A stretch of DNA of 32,834 nucleotides from the NCBI GenBank assembly GCA_036574205.1, contig JAINCQ010000016.1, positions 1 through 32,834 of the forward strand, read 5' to 3'. This DNA is from Elusimicrobiota bacterium. GTDB lineage: Bacteria; Elusimicrobiota; Elusimicrobia; Elusimicrobiales; UBA9959. Below the pieces are notes generated by a model. The model ran no database searches and was not told the DNA's origin. It saw only the letters and a program-made list of their open reading frames with translations. Made by a program: the position numbers and the translations under genes. Below are positions 1 to 10,229 of the stretch, piece after piece (position 1 is the first letter of the stretch; every line of letters begins with the position of its first letter).

Positions 1-139
1 GGACTACTTATTATGGTATAATATTGAAAAGCCACATAAAGGATTGAATAACAAAACACCAATGGATTGGTTTTTAGATGAGCAATTTAAAAATCATAAA
101 AAGTCCAATATGTATAGATATCTTACATTATCTGGTTAA
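1..139 (+). mobile_element. 3' end of an IS481-like (integrase core) transposase plus the right end of the element; runs off the window start
   Basis: Frame 2..139 reads DYLLWYNIEKPHKGLNNKTPMDWFLDEQFKNHKKSNMYRYLTLSG*, with the YNxxxPHxxLxxxTP motif of rve/IS481/IS3-type transposases. The element plausibly ends at ...GATATCTTACA (127), an IS481-style ACA terminus. A degenerate copy of this DNA occurs at ~32238-32432. Confidence 0.75.
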
Positions 140-202
140 AAAAATTTAAATAATATATAATATAATGTAATGGTTAAAGTTAAGTTAATTTGAGGAGTTA
201 TT

Positions 203-406
203 ATGCCAAAAATGAAAAATCATAGCGGCGCAAAAAAAAGAATAAAGATAACTAAGACTGGAAAAATTAAATGGAAAAAAGCTGGGTTAAGACATCTTCT
301 TACTCCTATGTCTGCAAAAAGGGGAAGGAGATTGAAAAAATCTAAAATAATAGGATCTGAGAATGTAAAAGCAAAATTAATTAAAACTTATCTACCATAT
401 GAGTAA
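203..406 (+). CDS. rpmI: 50S ribosomal protein L35
   Basis: [23 protein letters not shown]-terminus; GAGGAG RBS; directly upstream of rplT. Confidence 0.97.
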   Translation: MPKMKNHSGAKKRIKITKTGKIKWKKAGLRHLLTPMSAKRGRRLKKSKIIGSENVKAKLIKTYLPYE

Positions 407-415
407 GGAGATGTT

Positions 416-775
416 ATGAGAATAAAATATTCAGTAGCAAGAAATAGAAGAAAAAAGAGAATATTTAAACTTGCAAAGGGGTTTTACGGAGATAAATCAA
501 GAAGACTCAGGATGGCTACACAGCAGGTTAAAAAATCTTTAACCAGAGCATTCATAGATAGAAGAAAGAAAAAAAGAGATATGAGGTCTCTGTGGATAGT
601 AAGATTAAACGCTGCTGTAAGAGAGTTTGGAATTAGCTATAGCAAGTTTATAGGTGGTCTTAAAAAGGCAAATATAGAACTTAATAAAAAAATGCTTTCG
701 GAAATTGCGATAAACGATCCCAATTCATTCAAAGCGTTGGTTGATATCGCTAAAAAAAACATATCTTCGAACTAA
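416..775 (+). CDS. rplT: 50S ribosomal protein L20
   Basis: LAKGFYG, RSLWIVRLNAA, YSKFIGGLKKANIELNKKMLSEIA motifs; AAGGAG RBS. Confidence 0.97.
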   Translation: MRIKYSVARNRRKKRIFKLAKGFYGDKSRRLRMATQQVKKSLTRAFIDRRKKKRDMRSLWIVRLNAAVREFGISYSKFIGGLKKANIELNKKMLSEIAINDPNSFKALVDIAKKNISSN

Positions 776-776
776 G

Positions 777-1820
777 ATGACCATTGAACAATGGCTTTCC
801 GCGCTCTCCAGAATAGAGGAGAAGTTTAACTCGCTTGTTTTACAAAAAGATCTTGAAGTTGAAAAATTGTTTGACGAATTTATTGGCAAAAAGGGCGAGC
901 TTACTCTTTTATTAAGGCATCTTTCTAATTTTGAAATTGAAGATAGAAAAAAACTTGGCAAAAAAGGAAATGAGTTAAAAGAAAAAATAGTTTTATTTAT
1001 TGAGGAGAAAAAAAACTCTTTTTCAGAGTTTAAAAAATATTATTTTGAGATAGATACTACATTACCTCAAAAAAGAATTAATAAATCCAATAAACATCCT
1101 GTAACAATAACCTTAAATAGAATAATAGATATATTTCAAAAACTGGGTTTTTCTATAGAGTGGGGTCCTCTTGTTGAGGAAGATTATTATAATTTTAAAG
1201 CACTTAATTTCCCGGAGGATCATCCCGCACGTGATATGCAGGATACTTTTTATCTTGATATAAAGGATGAAAGCGGCAAAAATTATCTTTTAAGAACCCA
1301 TACCTCTCCTGTTCAGATAAGGTCAATGCTTAAATATAAGCCACCAATAAGGATAATCTCACCCGGAAAAGTTTTCAGGTCTGAAGCAATTGATGCTACT
1401 CATTCTTTTGTTTTTAATCAAATAGAAGGATTTTATGTAGATAAAAATGTTTCAATGTCAGATTTAAAGTGGATTCTTGAAAATTTCATCAAAGACCTTT
1501 TTGGAAATAGCGCAAATATAAAATTTTCTCCTTCTTACTTTCCTTTTGTTGAACCTGGAGCTCAGGTTGAAGTCAGCTGTGTCTTTTGCGGGGGAAAAGA
1601 TAAAAGCTGTAAGGTCTGTCATGGTAATGGCTGGATAGAAATGCTCGGGGCTGGAATGATTCATCCAAATGTTTTAAGAAATTGTAATTATGATCCAGAT
1701 GAGTTTTCAGGTTTTGCTTTTGGAGCCGGGATTGAAAGATTTACGATGTTGTTGTTTGGTATAGATGATTTGAGAATTCTTTATGAAAATGATCTTAGAA
1801 TTTTAAGACAAATATATTAA
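777..1820 (+). CDS. pheS: phenylalanine-tRNA ligase alpha subunit (ATG at 777 preferred over TTG at 741)
   Basis: HPARDMQDTF, LRTHTSPVQIR, YFPFVEP, GFAFGAGIER motifs; rplT-pheS-pheT synteny. Confidence 0.97.
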   Translation: MTIEQWLSALSRIEEKFNSLVLQKDLEVEKLFDEFIGKKGELTLLLRHLSNFEIEDRKKLGKKGNELKEKIVLFIEEKKNSFSEFKKYYFEIDTTLPQKRINKSNKHPVTITLNRIIDIFQKLGFSIEWGPLVEEDYYNFKALNFPEDHPARDMQDTFYLDIKDESGKNYLLRTHTSPVQIRSMLKYKPPIRIISPGKVFRSEAIDATHSFVFNQIEGFYVDKNVSMSDLKWILENFIKDLFGNSANIKFSPSYFPFVEPGAQVEVSCVFCGGKDKSCKVCHGNGWIEMLGAGMIHPNVLRNCNYDPDEFSGFAFGAGIERFTMLLFGIDDLRILYENDLRILRQIY

Positions 1821-1835
1821 TTTTAATGAGGTTTT

Positions 1836-4199
1836 ATGAGAGTTGTATACTCATGGCTTGTAGATTATCTAAAAGAAAAACCTGCCTTTGATGTTGTAAT
1901 ATCTAATCTTTCAAAAATAGGCTTTTCTATTGAAAATATTCAAAATATAGGTGTTAGTTGTGAAAATGTAGTGGTTGCAAAGGTTATTAAAAAAGAAAAA
2001 CATCCAAATGCAGATAAATTGTCTCTCTGTCAGGTTACAGATGGAAAAGAAAGCTATCAGGTAGTTTGTGGCGCTAAAAATGTGGCTGAGGGTCAGGTTG
2101 TTCCTTTTGCAAAGATTGGAGCTAAACTTGGCAAGATTATTATAAAAAAGGCTAAAATAAGAGGAGTTGAATCCTGTGGAATGATATGCTCAGGTCAAGA
2201 ACTTGGGCTTGAAGAAAAATCAGAAGGTATAATGGTTTTAGATGAAAAGATTGAGCTCGGGAAGGATTTAAAAGAACTATTTCCCCCTGATTATGTTTTT
2301 GAACTTGAAATCACTCCAAATCTTGCTTATTGTCTTTCTCATTACTCATTGGCAAGAGAGCTTTCAATATTTTTTGGTTATAAACTTAAAGAAGTAAATC
2401 CTTTGCCAGTTAGCTGTTTAAATGAAAATTTTGATATAAGAATAGAAACGTCTAATTGTTTGAGGTATATAGGTGTAATTATAAAAAACATAAAAAACTT
2501 AAAAACCCCCCATTATATATCAGACAGGTTAAAAAAAATAGGACTTAATCCAAAAGAGAATATTTTAATAGATCTTTCTAATTATGTTATGTTTGAACTT
2601 GGCCAGCCAACCCATTGCTTTGACTTAAATAATATTGAAGATTCAATAGTTGTCAGGATGGCATCAAGTGGAGAAAAAATAAAAACACTTGATGGAAAAG
2701 ATTATGAATTGAATGAAAACATAATGGTTATAGCTGATACTAAAAAACCTCTTGCAGTTGCCGGGGTTATTGGTGGATATTTTAGCTCAATAAATGAAAA
2801 GACAAAGGATATATTAATAGAAATAGCAAACTTTAATCCATCTGCTGTTAGAAAATCCTCAAAATTTTTAAATATAAAAACAGATTCTTCATATAGATTT
2901 GAAAGGGGGGTTGATATAAACCTTGCTCCTTTATGTGCAAGAAGGATGGTTGAGATAATAAAAGATCAAAACCCTGATTGCGATGTCTTTTATTACAATG
3001 ATGTTAAAAATTTTAAAGAAAATAAAAAAGTTGTAAAGATAGACCATAAGAAAATAAATTCTATACTTGGCACAAATATAGATAATGTTAAAATAAATGA
3101 GTTCCTTAAAAAACTTGATTCTGATTTTGATGGTATAAATTTTACAGTTCCATCTTATCGCTCTGATATAGAAAGCTTGTGGGATATAAGTGAAGAGGTT
3201 GCAAGATATCTGGGTTATGATGTAATTGAATCAAAAACTAATATGTCCTTAATGAAATCAAAGGATGATCCTTATTATATTTTAAGAAATAAAATAGCTG
3301 ATAAATTCCTTGTTTTTGGTTTTAATGAGGTTTTAAACTATGATATAGTTTCTGAGAAGGAGTTAAATCTATTGGGTTTTGAAAATATAAATTTTCTTAA
3401 AATTTCAAACCCACTTTCTAAAGAGTTTGAATACCTAAGGCCATTACTTCTTCCTTCATTACTTAAAAATATAAGATACAATATTAATAGGGGTATTAAA
3501 AGCGTTAAAATATATGAGTTTGGTTCTTTATTTTTAAATGAAAAATCAAAGCCATATGAATCAAGAAGGTTAGCTGGAGTTATCTGTGGACTTGTTGATG
3601 AGTATGAGTACTGGAAGGAAAAAGAAAAAGAGGTAGATTTCTTTTATTTGAAAAATGTTATTCAATATATACTATCAGATTTTACTGATATAGTATTTAA
3701 AAATAAGTCAAACGAAAAGTACATTGTTGAAGATGTTTCAATGGAGGTTTATTATGGGGATAAGAAAATAGGTTTTTTTGGTCTTTTAAATCCTGATGTG
3801 CCAAAAATTTTTGATATAAAGGCTGATAATATTTTTTATTTTGATATAGACTTTGATTTGCTTTGCAGTAATTTTAAAACTGATTTTGTTAACTCAATAA
3901 AAAAACCAAAACCCATATCTCAGTTTCAATATGGTATAAGAGACCTTTCTTTTCTTGTTGATAAAAAACATAGTTATGAAGATATTTATAAATCTTTAGC
4001 AGAAACTAAAGATATTTTTGATATAAGGCTTATAGATGTTTATGAGGGGAAAAATATAGGTGCTGATAAAAAAAGTTTTACATTTAGATTTATATTCTCG
4101 TCTATGGATAAAACTTTTACTGATGAAGAACTAAACAAGAAAATAGAAGAAATATATAATATTCTAAATTCAAATTTTGGGGCTAAATTAAGGGAATGA
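1836..4199 (+). CDS. pheT: phenylalanine-tRNA ligase beta subunit
   Basis: HPNADKL, VVCGAKNV, IRGVESCGMICS, SSYRFERGVD, C-terminal FDX-ACB (RDLSF); 787 aa. Confidence 0.97.
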   Translation: MRVVYSWLVDYLKEKPAFDVVISNLSKIGFSIENIQNIGVSCENVVVAKVIKKEKHPNADKLSLCQVTDGKESYQVVCGAKNVAEGQVVPFAKIGAKLGKIIIKKAKIRGVESCGMICSGQELGLEEKSEGIMVLDEKIELGKDLKELFPPDYVFELEITPNLAYCLSHYSLARELSIFFGYKLKEVNPLPVSCLNENFDIRIETSNCLRYIGVIIKNIKNLKTPHYISDRLKKIGLNPKENILIDLSNYVMFELGQPTHCFDLNNIEDSIVVRMASSGEKIKTLDGKDYELNENIMVIADTKKPLAVAGVIGGYFSSINEKTKDILIEIANFNPSAVRKSSKFLNIKTDSSYRFERGVDINLAPLCARRMVEIIKDQNPDCDVFYYNDVKNFKENKKVVKIDHKKINSILGTNIDNVKINEFLKKLDSDFDGINFTVPSYRSDIESLWDISEEVARYLGYDVIESKTNMSLMKSKDDPYYILRNKIADKFLVFGFNEVLNYDIVSEKELNLLGFENINFLKISNPLSKEFEYLRPLLLPSLLKNIRYNINRGIKSVKIYEFGSLFLNEKSKPYESRRLAGVICGLVDEYEYWKEKEKEVDFFYLKNVIQYILSDFTDIVFKNKSNEKYIVEDVSMEVYYGDKKIGFFGLLNPDVPKIFDIKADNIFYFDIDFDLLCSNFKTDFVNSIKKPKPISQFQYGIRDLSFLVDKKHSYEDIYKSLAETKDIFDIRLIDVYEGKNIGADKKSFTFRFIFSSMDKTFTDEELNKKIEEIYNILNSNFGAKLRE

Positions 4200-4270
4200 A
4201 ATTTAAAGAAGAACTTTCTCTTTTGATTAAATCAAGATATTCTTTTATCTGAATAAACACTCCTGATGTA
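4196..4270 (+). pseudogene. short stub resembling the N-terminus of a Ycf46-like AAA+ ATPase
   Basis: ATG overlaps the pheT stop (ATGA); reads MKFKEELSLLIKSRYSFI*INTPDV; similarity to EELxLLIxxRYxxIxI is from recall only. Confidence 0.4.
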
Positions 4271-4306
4271 ATGCTGATTAAACTTACCAGTATGTTTTTT
4301 TAAAAA

Positions 4307-4315
4307 TGGTATAAT
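4307..4315 (+). promoter_or_regulatory. extended -10 promoter (TGnTATAAT) 6 nt before the glmM ATG; likely leaderless transcript
   Basis: TGGTATAAT-TTTATT-ATG; no Shine-Dalgarno. Confidence 0.6.
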
Positions 4316-4321
4316 TTTATT

Positions 4322-5650
4322 ATGAAATATTTTGGAACTGATGGGATAAGAGGAATTCCTTTTAATTTTCCTTTTGAGCCTGATTTTATAAGAAAGATAG
4401 GTTTTTCTATAGCTAAAAGATTAAAAAATCAAAATAAAACTGTTTTTATTGCAAGGGATACGAGAGAAAGCGGAAAGAAAATCACTCAATATCTTGTAGA
4501 CGGGATCTCTTACTCTGGTTTAAATGTCTTTGACCTTGGGGTTATAACAACTCCTTCACTTGCTTACCTTCTTTCTAAAAATAAGGTTTCTTTTGGAGTT
4601 ATGGTTTCAGCAAGTCACAATCCACCAGAATTTAATGGAATAAAGGTTTTAACTGCCACAGGGGAGAAGATAAGCAAGGAGCTTGAAAAGGATATTGAAA
4701 AAATTATAGATTCTACAGGTAACCTTGAATTTAAAAAGTATAAAACTCAAAAAAAAGATATTATAAAAGATTATATTGATTATGCAGTTAAAAATTTTGA
4801 TGGAAAATTAAAAGGATTAGATATTGTAATAGATTGTTCAAATGGTTCTGCTTATAAAATTGCGCCTTTAATTTTTAAAAAACTGAAAGTGAATCTTGAA
4901 ATTATAGGGAATAAACCTGACGGAAAAAATATAAATGTTGGTTGTGGAGCTCTTAATGTTAAGAAGATGAGAAGTATGGTGGTTAAATCTAAAGCTTTTT
5001 GTGGAATTAGTTATGATGGAGATAGTGATAGGTGTATTTTCTCAGATGAAAATGGGAATATAATTGATGGCGATGATATGATAGCAGCGCTTTGCTATTA
5101 TTATAAACAAAATAATTTACTTGAAAATAATACTGTCGTTTTAACTCATATGTCTAACTTTGGACTTTTAAGATTTTTAGAGGAAAATAAAATAAAAGTT
5201 ATTTCGGTGGATATTGGCGATAGAAATGTCAGTCATATGATGATAAAAAGCGGGTCTATTTTAGGTGGAGAACCAAGTGGTCATATAATAATTAAAAGAT
5301 ATCTTCCAACTGGGGATGGGATATTAACTTCGCTTGAGTTTTTAAGCTGCTTAACTAAGATGAATATGAATGCTTCAGATGTTAAAAAAATGTGGGAGAG
5401 ACTTCCAAGTTACCTTGGCGCTTATAGAATTGATAAAAAATTAAATATAAAAAAACTTGATGATTTTATGAGTTTTATTAAGAAAACTGAAAAAGAGATA
5501 AAAGGAAGAATTTTTGTTAGATATTCCGGTACTGAACCTGTTTTAAGAGTTTTAGTTGAGGCTGATATGCCGGAAAAAAAATTGAAGGAGTTCTCTGATA
5601 AGGTATTTAAGCGTTATTGTGATATTACCAAAAAAATAGCAGTAAAATAG
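4322..5650 (+). CDS. glmM: phosphoglucosamine mutase
   Basis: YFGTDGIRG, SASHNP (catalytic Ser), DGDSDR, GGEPSGH, RYSGTEP. Confidence 0.95.
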   Translation: MKYFGTDGIRGIPFNFPFEPDFIRKIGFSIAKRLKNQNKTVFIARDTRESGKKITQYLVDGISYSGLNVFDLGVITTPSLAYLLSKNKVSFGVMVSASHNPPEFNGIKVLTATGEKISKELEKDIEKIIDSTGNLEFKKYKTQKKDIIKDYIDYAVKNFDGKLKGLDIVIDCSNGSAYKIAPLIFKKLKVNLEIIGNKPDGKNINVGCGALNVKKMRSMVVKSKAFCGISYDGDSDRCIFSDENGNIIDGDDMIAALCYYYKQNNLLENNTVVLTHMSNFGLLRFLEENKIKVISVDIGDRNVSHMMIKSGSILGGEPSGHIIIKRYLPTGDGILTSLEFLSCLTKMNMNASDVKKMWERLPSYLGAYRIDKKLNIKKLDDFMSFIKKTEKEIKGRIFVRYSGTEPVLRVLVEADMPEKKLKEFSDKVFKRYCDITKKIAVK

Positions 5651-5752
5651 TAGGTTGATAATTAAAACAAGCGTATATAAGCGATTAGTTTATTTTCTGA
5701 TTTAAAATCTATAGGTTTTAAATTATATATGTTTGTGATATATACAACCTAC
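5650..5752 (+). other. intergenic nested stem-loop, candidate structured RNA
   Basis: Three stems: 5650-5657/5745-5752 (8 bp), 5667-5680/5723-5736 (14 bp, 2 G-U), 5701-5709/5714-5722 (9 bp, 1 G-U). Confidence 0.45.
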
Positions 5753-5786
5753 AATCTAAAATCCAGAATTTGAAAAGGGAGGTTTT

Positions 5787-6512
5787 ATGTCTGAAGTTAG
5801 ACTGGGTGTTAATATTGATCATATCGCCACATTAAGGGAGGCAAGAAAAGATATTAATCCTGATACTGTAGAAGCAGCTAAGGTTTGTCTTACAAGTGGC
5901 GCTGATATGATTGTTATGCATATAAGAGGTGATAGAAGGCATATAAAAGAATCTGATCTTGAGAGAATAAGGAAAGAAGTTAAAGGATTTATTCATGTTG
6001 AAATGGCCCCTACAAAAGAGATGGAAAATATCGCTCTTAAATATATGCCAGATTCTGTTTGTATAGTTCCAGAAAGAGTGGATGAGATTACAACTGAGGG
6101 AGGACTTAATTTCAGTGATAAAGCTAAGATTAAGGAGATAGAGAGATTTATTAAAGCTCTTTCCAATAAAGGAATAGAAACAAGTCTTTTCCTTGACCCA
6201 AATCCAGATGATATAAGAATGGCATATAAATTGGGAGCAGATACTGTGGAAATTTGCACTAAAACATATGCTGAAAGTTGGGGAAAGAAAAACCAGAATA
6301 AAGAGCTTGAAAGGATTCAGTTAGCTTCTTATCTTGTTAAGGAGCTAAAGATGGGGCTCCACTGTGGGCATGGGCTTGATTATTATAATGTTAAGCCAAT
6401 AGCCAAGATTGAGGGTATGGAATGCCTCAATATTGGTTTTTCTATAATCTCAAGGGCGGTTTTTGTCGGACTTAAAAATGCTGTTTCTCAAATGAAGGAG
6501 TTAATAAGTTAA
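5787..6512 (+). CDS. pdxJ: pyridoxine 5'-phosphate synthase
   Basis: LGVNIDHIATLREAR, DRRHI, TTEGGL, GHGLDY, LNIGFSII. Confidence 0.97.
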   Translation: MSEVRLGVNIDHIATLREARKDINPDTVEAAKVCLTSGADMIVMHIRGDRRHIKESDLERIRKEVKGFIHVEMAPTKEMENIALKYMPDSVCIVPERVDEITTEGGLNFSDKAKIKEIERFIKALSNKGIETSLFLDPNPDDIRMAYKLGADTVEICTKTYAESWGKKNQNKELERIQLASYLVKELKMGLHCGHGLDYYNVKPIAKIEGMECLNIGFSIISRAVFVGLKNAVSQMKELIS

Positions 6513-6519
6513 AAATTTT

Positions 6520-8391
6520 ATGTGCGGAATAGTAGGATATGCAGGCAGTAAAAACGATGTTAGTGATGTGCTTCTAAAGGGATTGAAGAGGTTAGAATAC
6601 AGGGGGTATGATTCCTGCGGAATAGCGCTTGTTTCAAGCGATGGACATCTTTTTTTAGATAGGGTTAAAGGAAGAGTAGAGGCGCTTAATGAAAAACTGT
6701 CGAGAAAAAAACGTGATGGTATATTAAATGGAATAGCTCATACAAGATGGGCTACTCATGGGATTCCGAGCGAGGAAAACGCTCATCCACATACTGATTG
6801 CGCTGGTAATATAGTTGTTGTTCATAATGGTATCATAGAAAATTATGTAGAGATAAGGGAGAGTTTAAAAGGTCATAATTTCAAATCTGATACTGACACA
6901 GAGGTTATCGCTCATCTTATAGAGGAGAATATAAAAAAGATTTCAAAAGGTGCAAGGCAGTTAAGGGTTGAGATGCGACATCCTATTTTTTTTCAGGCTT
7001 TTTTAAATACCTTAAAACATCTTAAAGGAAGCTTTGCTGTGGCTGTTGTTTGGAATGGGACTCCGGGGGTTATCCTTGCAGCAAGAAGATTTTCTCCGCT
7101 TGTAGTTGGTAAAGGTGATGGTGAGAATTTTTTAAGTTCTGATGTCTCTGGTTTTCTTGAATATACAAAAAAAGTTTATTTTATGGATGATAACGAAGTT
7201 GTTTTTATGGACGATAAAAATATTGCTTTTTTTGATTTTGATGGAAAAAAGATTAACAAAGAGATTAAAACAATAACCTGGGATATAAAGATGGCTGAAC
7301 GTGGCGGATATCAGCATTTTATGCTTAAAGAAATTTTTGAGCAGGATATATCTTTTGAAAACACCATCGCAGCAAGGGTTTTGCCTGTTGGAGAGTATCT
7401 ACTTAAAAAAGAAATTAACCTCAGTATTGATGATATTAAAAACTTTTCATATGTGAATTTTGTAGCTTGTGGAACTGCTTATCATGCCGCTTATGTTGGA
7501 AAATACTTATTTGAGCAGCTTGGTATTAAATGCGAGGTTGATCTTGCAAGTGAGTTCCATCACAGGGCTCTGGTTATAGATAAAAACGCGCTTATTGTGG
7601 CAGTAACCCAGTCTGGTGAAACTGCGGATACCCTTGAAGCGGTAAGAATCGCTAAAAAAAATGGAAATAAAATTCTTTCAATAACAAATACACTTGGATC
7701 AACTATTTCACGGGAATCTAATTATGTTATATATACTCATTGTGGACCTGAAATAGCGGTTGCCTCTACTAAAGCCTTTATAGGGCAGCTTGCGGCAATT
7801 TATGTTTTAGCTCTTAATTTTGCTTATATTAGAGGAAATATGCTTATAACGAAGGCTCGGGAATTTGCAAATGAACTACTTGAAATTCCAAAGCTAATAA
7901 AATCTATTCTTTCTCAGGCTTTGAAGATAAAAAATATAGTAGGGGAATTTAGCGGGAAAAACGATTATCTTTTTATATCGCGTGGGATAAACTATCCAAT
8001 AGCTCTTGAGGGTGCGCTTAAATTAAAAGAAATCTCCTATCTTCATGCGGAAGGTTACGCCGCTGGTGAGATGAAGCATGGTCCTATTGCTATAATCTCT
8101 GAAGGAATGCCAGTTGTAGCAATAGCAACAATGAATGATGAGATAAATTTGATTAAAAGCAATATAGAGGAAACTAAAGCTCGAGGTGGAAAAGTTTTTG
8201 CTATTGTTGATTCTGAATCAAAGAAAGTTATCAAATCTGATTATTATTTTGAAATTCCATATGTAAGTAAGTATTTTTCCCCGATACTTTCTGTAATTGC
8301 GCTTCAACTTTTTGCTTATTATACCGCCCTTAACAGAGGAAGTGATATAGATAAACCAAGAAACCTTGCCAAAGCAGTAACAGTTAAATGA
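6520..8391 (+). CDS. glmS: glutamine-fructose-6-phosphate transaminase (isomerizing)
   Basis: MCGIVG, EYRGYDS, HTRWATHG, SQSGET-like TQSGETADT, KHGPIA, PRNLAKAVTVK. Confidence 0.97.
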   Translation: MCGIVGYAGSKNDVSDVLLKGLKRLEYRGYDSCGIALVSSDGHLFLDRVKGRVEALNEKLSRKKRDGILNGIAHTRWATHGIPSEENAHPHTDCAGNIVVVHNGIIENYVEIRESLKGHNFKSDTDTEVIAHLIEENIKKISKGARQLRVEMRHPIFFQAFLNTLKHLKGSFAVAVVWNGTPGVILAARRFSPLVVGKGDGENFLSSDVSGFLEYTKKVYFMDDNEVVFMDDKNIAFFDFDGKKINKEIKTITWDIKMAERGGYQHFMLKEIFEQDISFENTIAARVLPVGEYLLKKEINLSIDDIKNFSYVNFVACGTAYHAAYVGKYLFEQLGIKCEVDLASEFHHRALVIDKNALIVAVTQSGETADTLEAVRIAKKNGNKILSITNTLGSTISRESNYVIYTHCGPEIAVASTKAFIGQLAAIYVLALNFAYIRGNMLITKAREFANELLEIPKLIKSILSQALKIKNIVGEFSGKNDYLFISRGINYPIALEGALKLKEISYLHAEGYAAGEMKHGPIAIISEGMPVVAIATMNDEINLIKSNIEETKARGGKVFAIVDSESKKVIKSDYYFEIPYVSKYFSPILSVIALQLFAYYTALNRGSDIDKPRNLAKAVTVK

Positions 8392-8400
8392 TTTTTCAAT

Positions 8401-9267
8401 ATGAAAATCAATCTTATAAATAAGAAGATTGTTGAAAAATTTATTCCAAAAAGAAGTGATAAAGGAAACAAGAATGTTTTTGGTAAAGTTCTTGTGGTAG
8501 CCGGATCGTATCTCATGAGTGGAGCAGCTTATCTTGCTTCTAAATCGGCTATGAGATCTGGATGTGGACTGATTTATGGGGTCTGTACAGATAAAATCAA
8601 ATCAATTCTTTCAAATCTCTTCCCTGAAGGGATTTATTATTCATATGGAGGTGGGGATTATATAAATGATAAAACCTGCCAGCTTATTTATAATCTTCAT
8701 ATTCAAAAGAAATTTGATGTTTTACTTATAGGTCCAGGGCTTGGCACCAATCCCGAAACATTAAAAACTGTTGTAGAGATTTTGAAAAAACTTAAAATTC
8801 CGTCTGTAATAGACGCTGATGCAATAACTGCTATTTCAAAATATGGTACGGATTTTTTAAAAGATATACCTTCGGTTATAACTCCTCATCCAGGCGAGGC
8901 AAGAAGGCTTTCACAAAAAGATGGAGTTTATCTAGCTTTGGATATAGCTCATAAGACAGGCGGGGTAGTTGTTTTGAAAGATTATAAAACTTTTATTACA
9001 GATGGAGAACATATTTTTTTAAATAATAGGGAAAACTCAGGGCTTTCAAAAGCGGGAAGTGGGGATGTCCTTTGCGGTATTATAGCAGGTTTTATATCGC
9101 AGTTTAAACCTTATGGTATAACAAAGGATTCGCTTTTAAAAAGCGCTGTAGCGGGAGTATGGGTTCACAGCGAAAGCGGTTATAAAGCTTCTAAAAAATT
9201 TTCTAAGTATTCTGTTTTAGCCTCTGATATAATTGATATGATAGGTCCGGTTATTAAAAGCTTATGA
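8401..9267 (+). CDS. nnrD: ADP-dependent NAD(P)H-hydrate dehydratase (stand-alone, no epimerase domain)
   Basis: GKVLVVAGS..MSGAA, IGPGLG, VIDADA, TPHPGE, AGSGDVL. Confidence 0.92.
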   Translation: MKINLINKKIVEKFIPKRSDKGNKNVFGKVLVVAGSYLMSGAAYLASKSAMRSGCGLIYGVCTDKIKSILSNLFPEGIYYSYGGGDYINDKTCQLIYNLHIQKKFDVLLIGPGLGTNPETLKTVVEILKKLKIPSVIDADAITAISKYGTDFLKDIPSVITPHPGEARRLSQKDGVYLALDIAHKTGGVVVLKDYKTFITDGEHIFLNNRENSGLSKAGSGDVLCGIIAGFISQFKPYGITKDSLLKSAVAGVWVHSESGYKASKKFSKYSVLASDIIDMIGPVIKSL

Positions 9268-10229
9268 ATGAAAATGAAATATTGGAGAAGCTGGCTAAAG
9301 TTTTTACCTATTATTCTAAAGATGTAATAAAAGGACCAGGAGATGATTGCGCAGTTATTGATCTTGGTGATAAAAAAAATTTTTATCTTTTTACTGTTGA
9401 TGAAATGGTGGAAGGGACTCATTTTATTTTAGATTTTCTAAAGCCTCAGGAGGTAGCATCAAGACTTGTCAGGGCAAATGTAAGCGATATTTATTCTATG
9501 GGGGATGCAACTCCATTATATTGTCTTGTAAGCGCGGGACTAAATAAAGAAAAGGTTAATGATAAGTGGATTTCGCTTTTTACTAAGTCGCTTAAAAAGG
9601 AGCTGGATTTTTTTGGAGTTAAAAATATAGGTGGGAATCTTTCAAGAAGCAGGAATATTTATTTTTCAATGACGGTTATTGGAAAAGCTAATAAAAAAAA
9701 GATTTTAATGAGAAGTGGAGCAAAAAAAGGTGATTTAATTTGCGCAATAGGTTTTATGGGAAGCTCTAAAGCGGCAGCGGAGATAATGCTTTTAAGAAAA
9801 AGAGAAAATATTTCTATGATAGAAGAAAGTTTGATAAGAGATTTTACCTCACCTATGATATATAAAAGAGAATGCTCAAAGATCTCTAAATTTGCTTCAG
9901 CTATGCTTGATAATTCTGACGGACTTTATAAAAGCGCTTTGATCCTTGCAAAAACAAACAATCTAAGGGCTATAATAGATTATAATACTTTAGATTTTTT
10001 TGTTTCTGTTAATCTTAAAAAATGGTGCGATATAAATAGCAAAGATCCCAGAAAATATGTTCTTTTTGGCGGAGAGGATTATAATCTTATTTTCTCTGTT
10101 CCAAAAAGAAAATTTGCTGATCTTAAAAAAGAGGTTAGAAATGTCAAGGTTATAGGCGAGTTTGTAGAAGGGAAAGGAGTTTATTGTAGTGGCTATGTCG
10201 GCAAAATTGAAAACTTTGAACATTTTTAG
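9264..10229 (+). CDS. thiL: thiamine-phosphate kinase
   Basis: GPGDDCAV, NVSDIYSMG, DNSDGL, GGEDYNLIF. Confidence 0.92.
   Translation: MNENEILEKLAKVFTYYSKDVIKGPGDDCAVIDLGDKKNFYLFTVDEMVEGTHFILDFLKPQEVASRLVRANVSDIYSMGDATPLYCLVSAGLNKEKVNDKWISLFTKSLKKELDFFGVKNIGGNLSRSRNIYFSMTVIGKANKKKILMRSGAKKGDLICAIGFMGSSKAAAEIMLLRKRENISMIEESLIRDFTSPMIYKRECSKISKFASAMLDNSDGLYKSALILAKTNNLRAIIDYNTLDFFVSVNLKKWCDINSKDPRKYVLFGGEDYNLIFSVPKRKFADLKKEVRNVKVIGEFVEGKGVYCSGYVGKIENFEHF

Noticed and set aside
4250..4252. TGA recoding (Trp, Sec or an alternative genetic code)
   Set aside because: TGA is the stop at the conserved C-termini of pheT, glmS, valS and yajQ, and read-through would end at TAA only 16 codons later.
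5650..5790. glmS ribozyme upstream of the pdxJ-glmS genes
   Set aside because: The inner hairpin looks P1-like, but the conserved AGCGCC and GACGAGG core sequences are absent and pdxJ intervenes.
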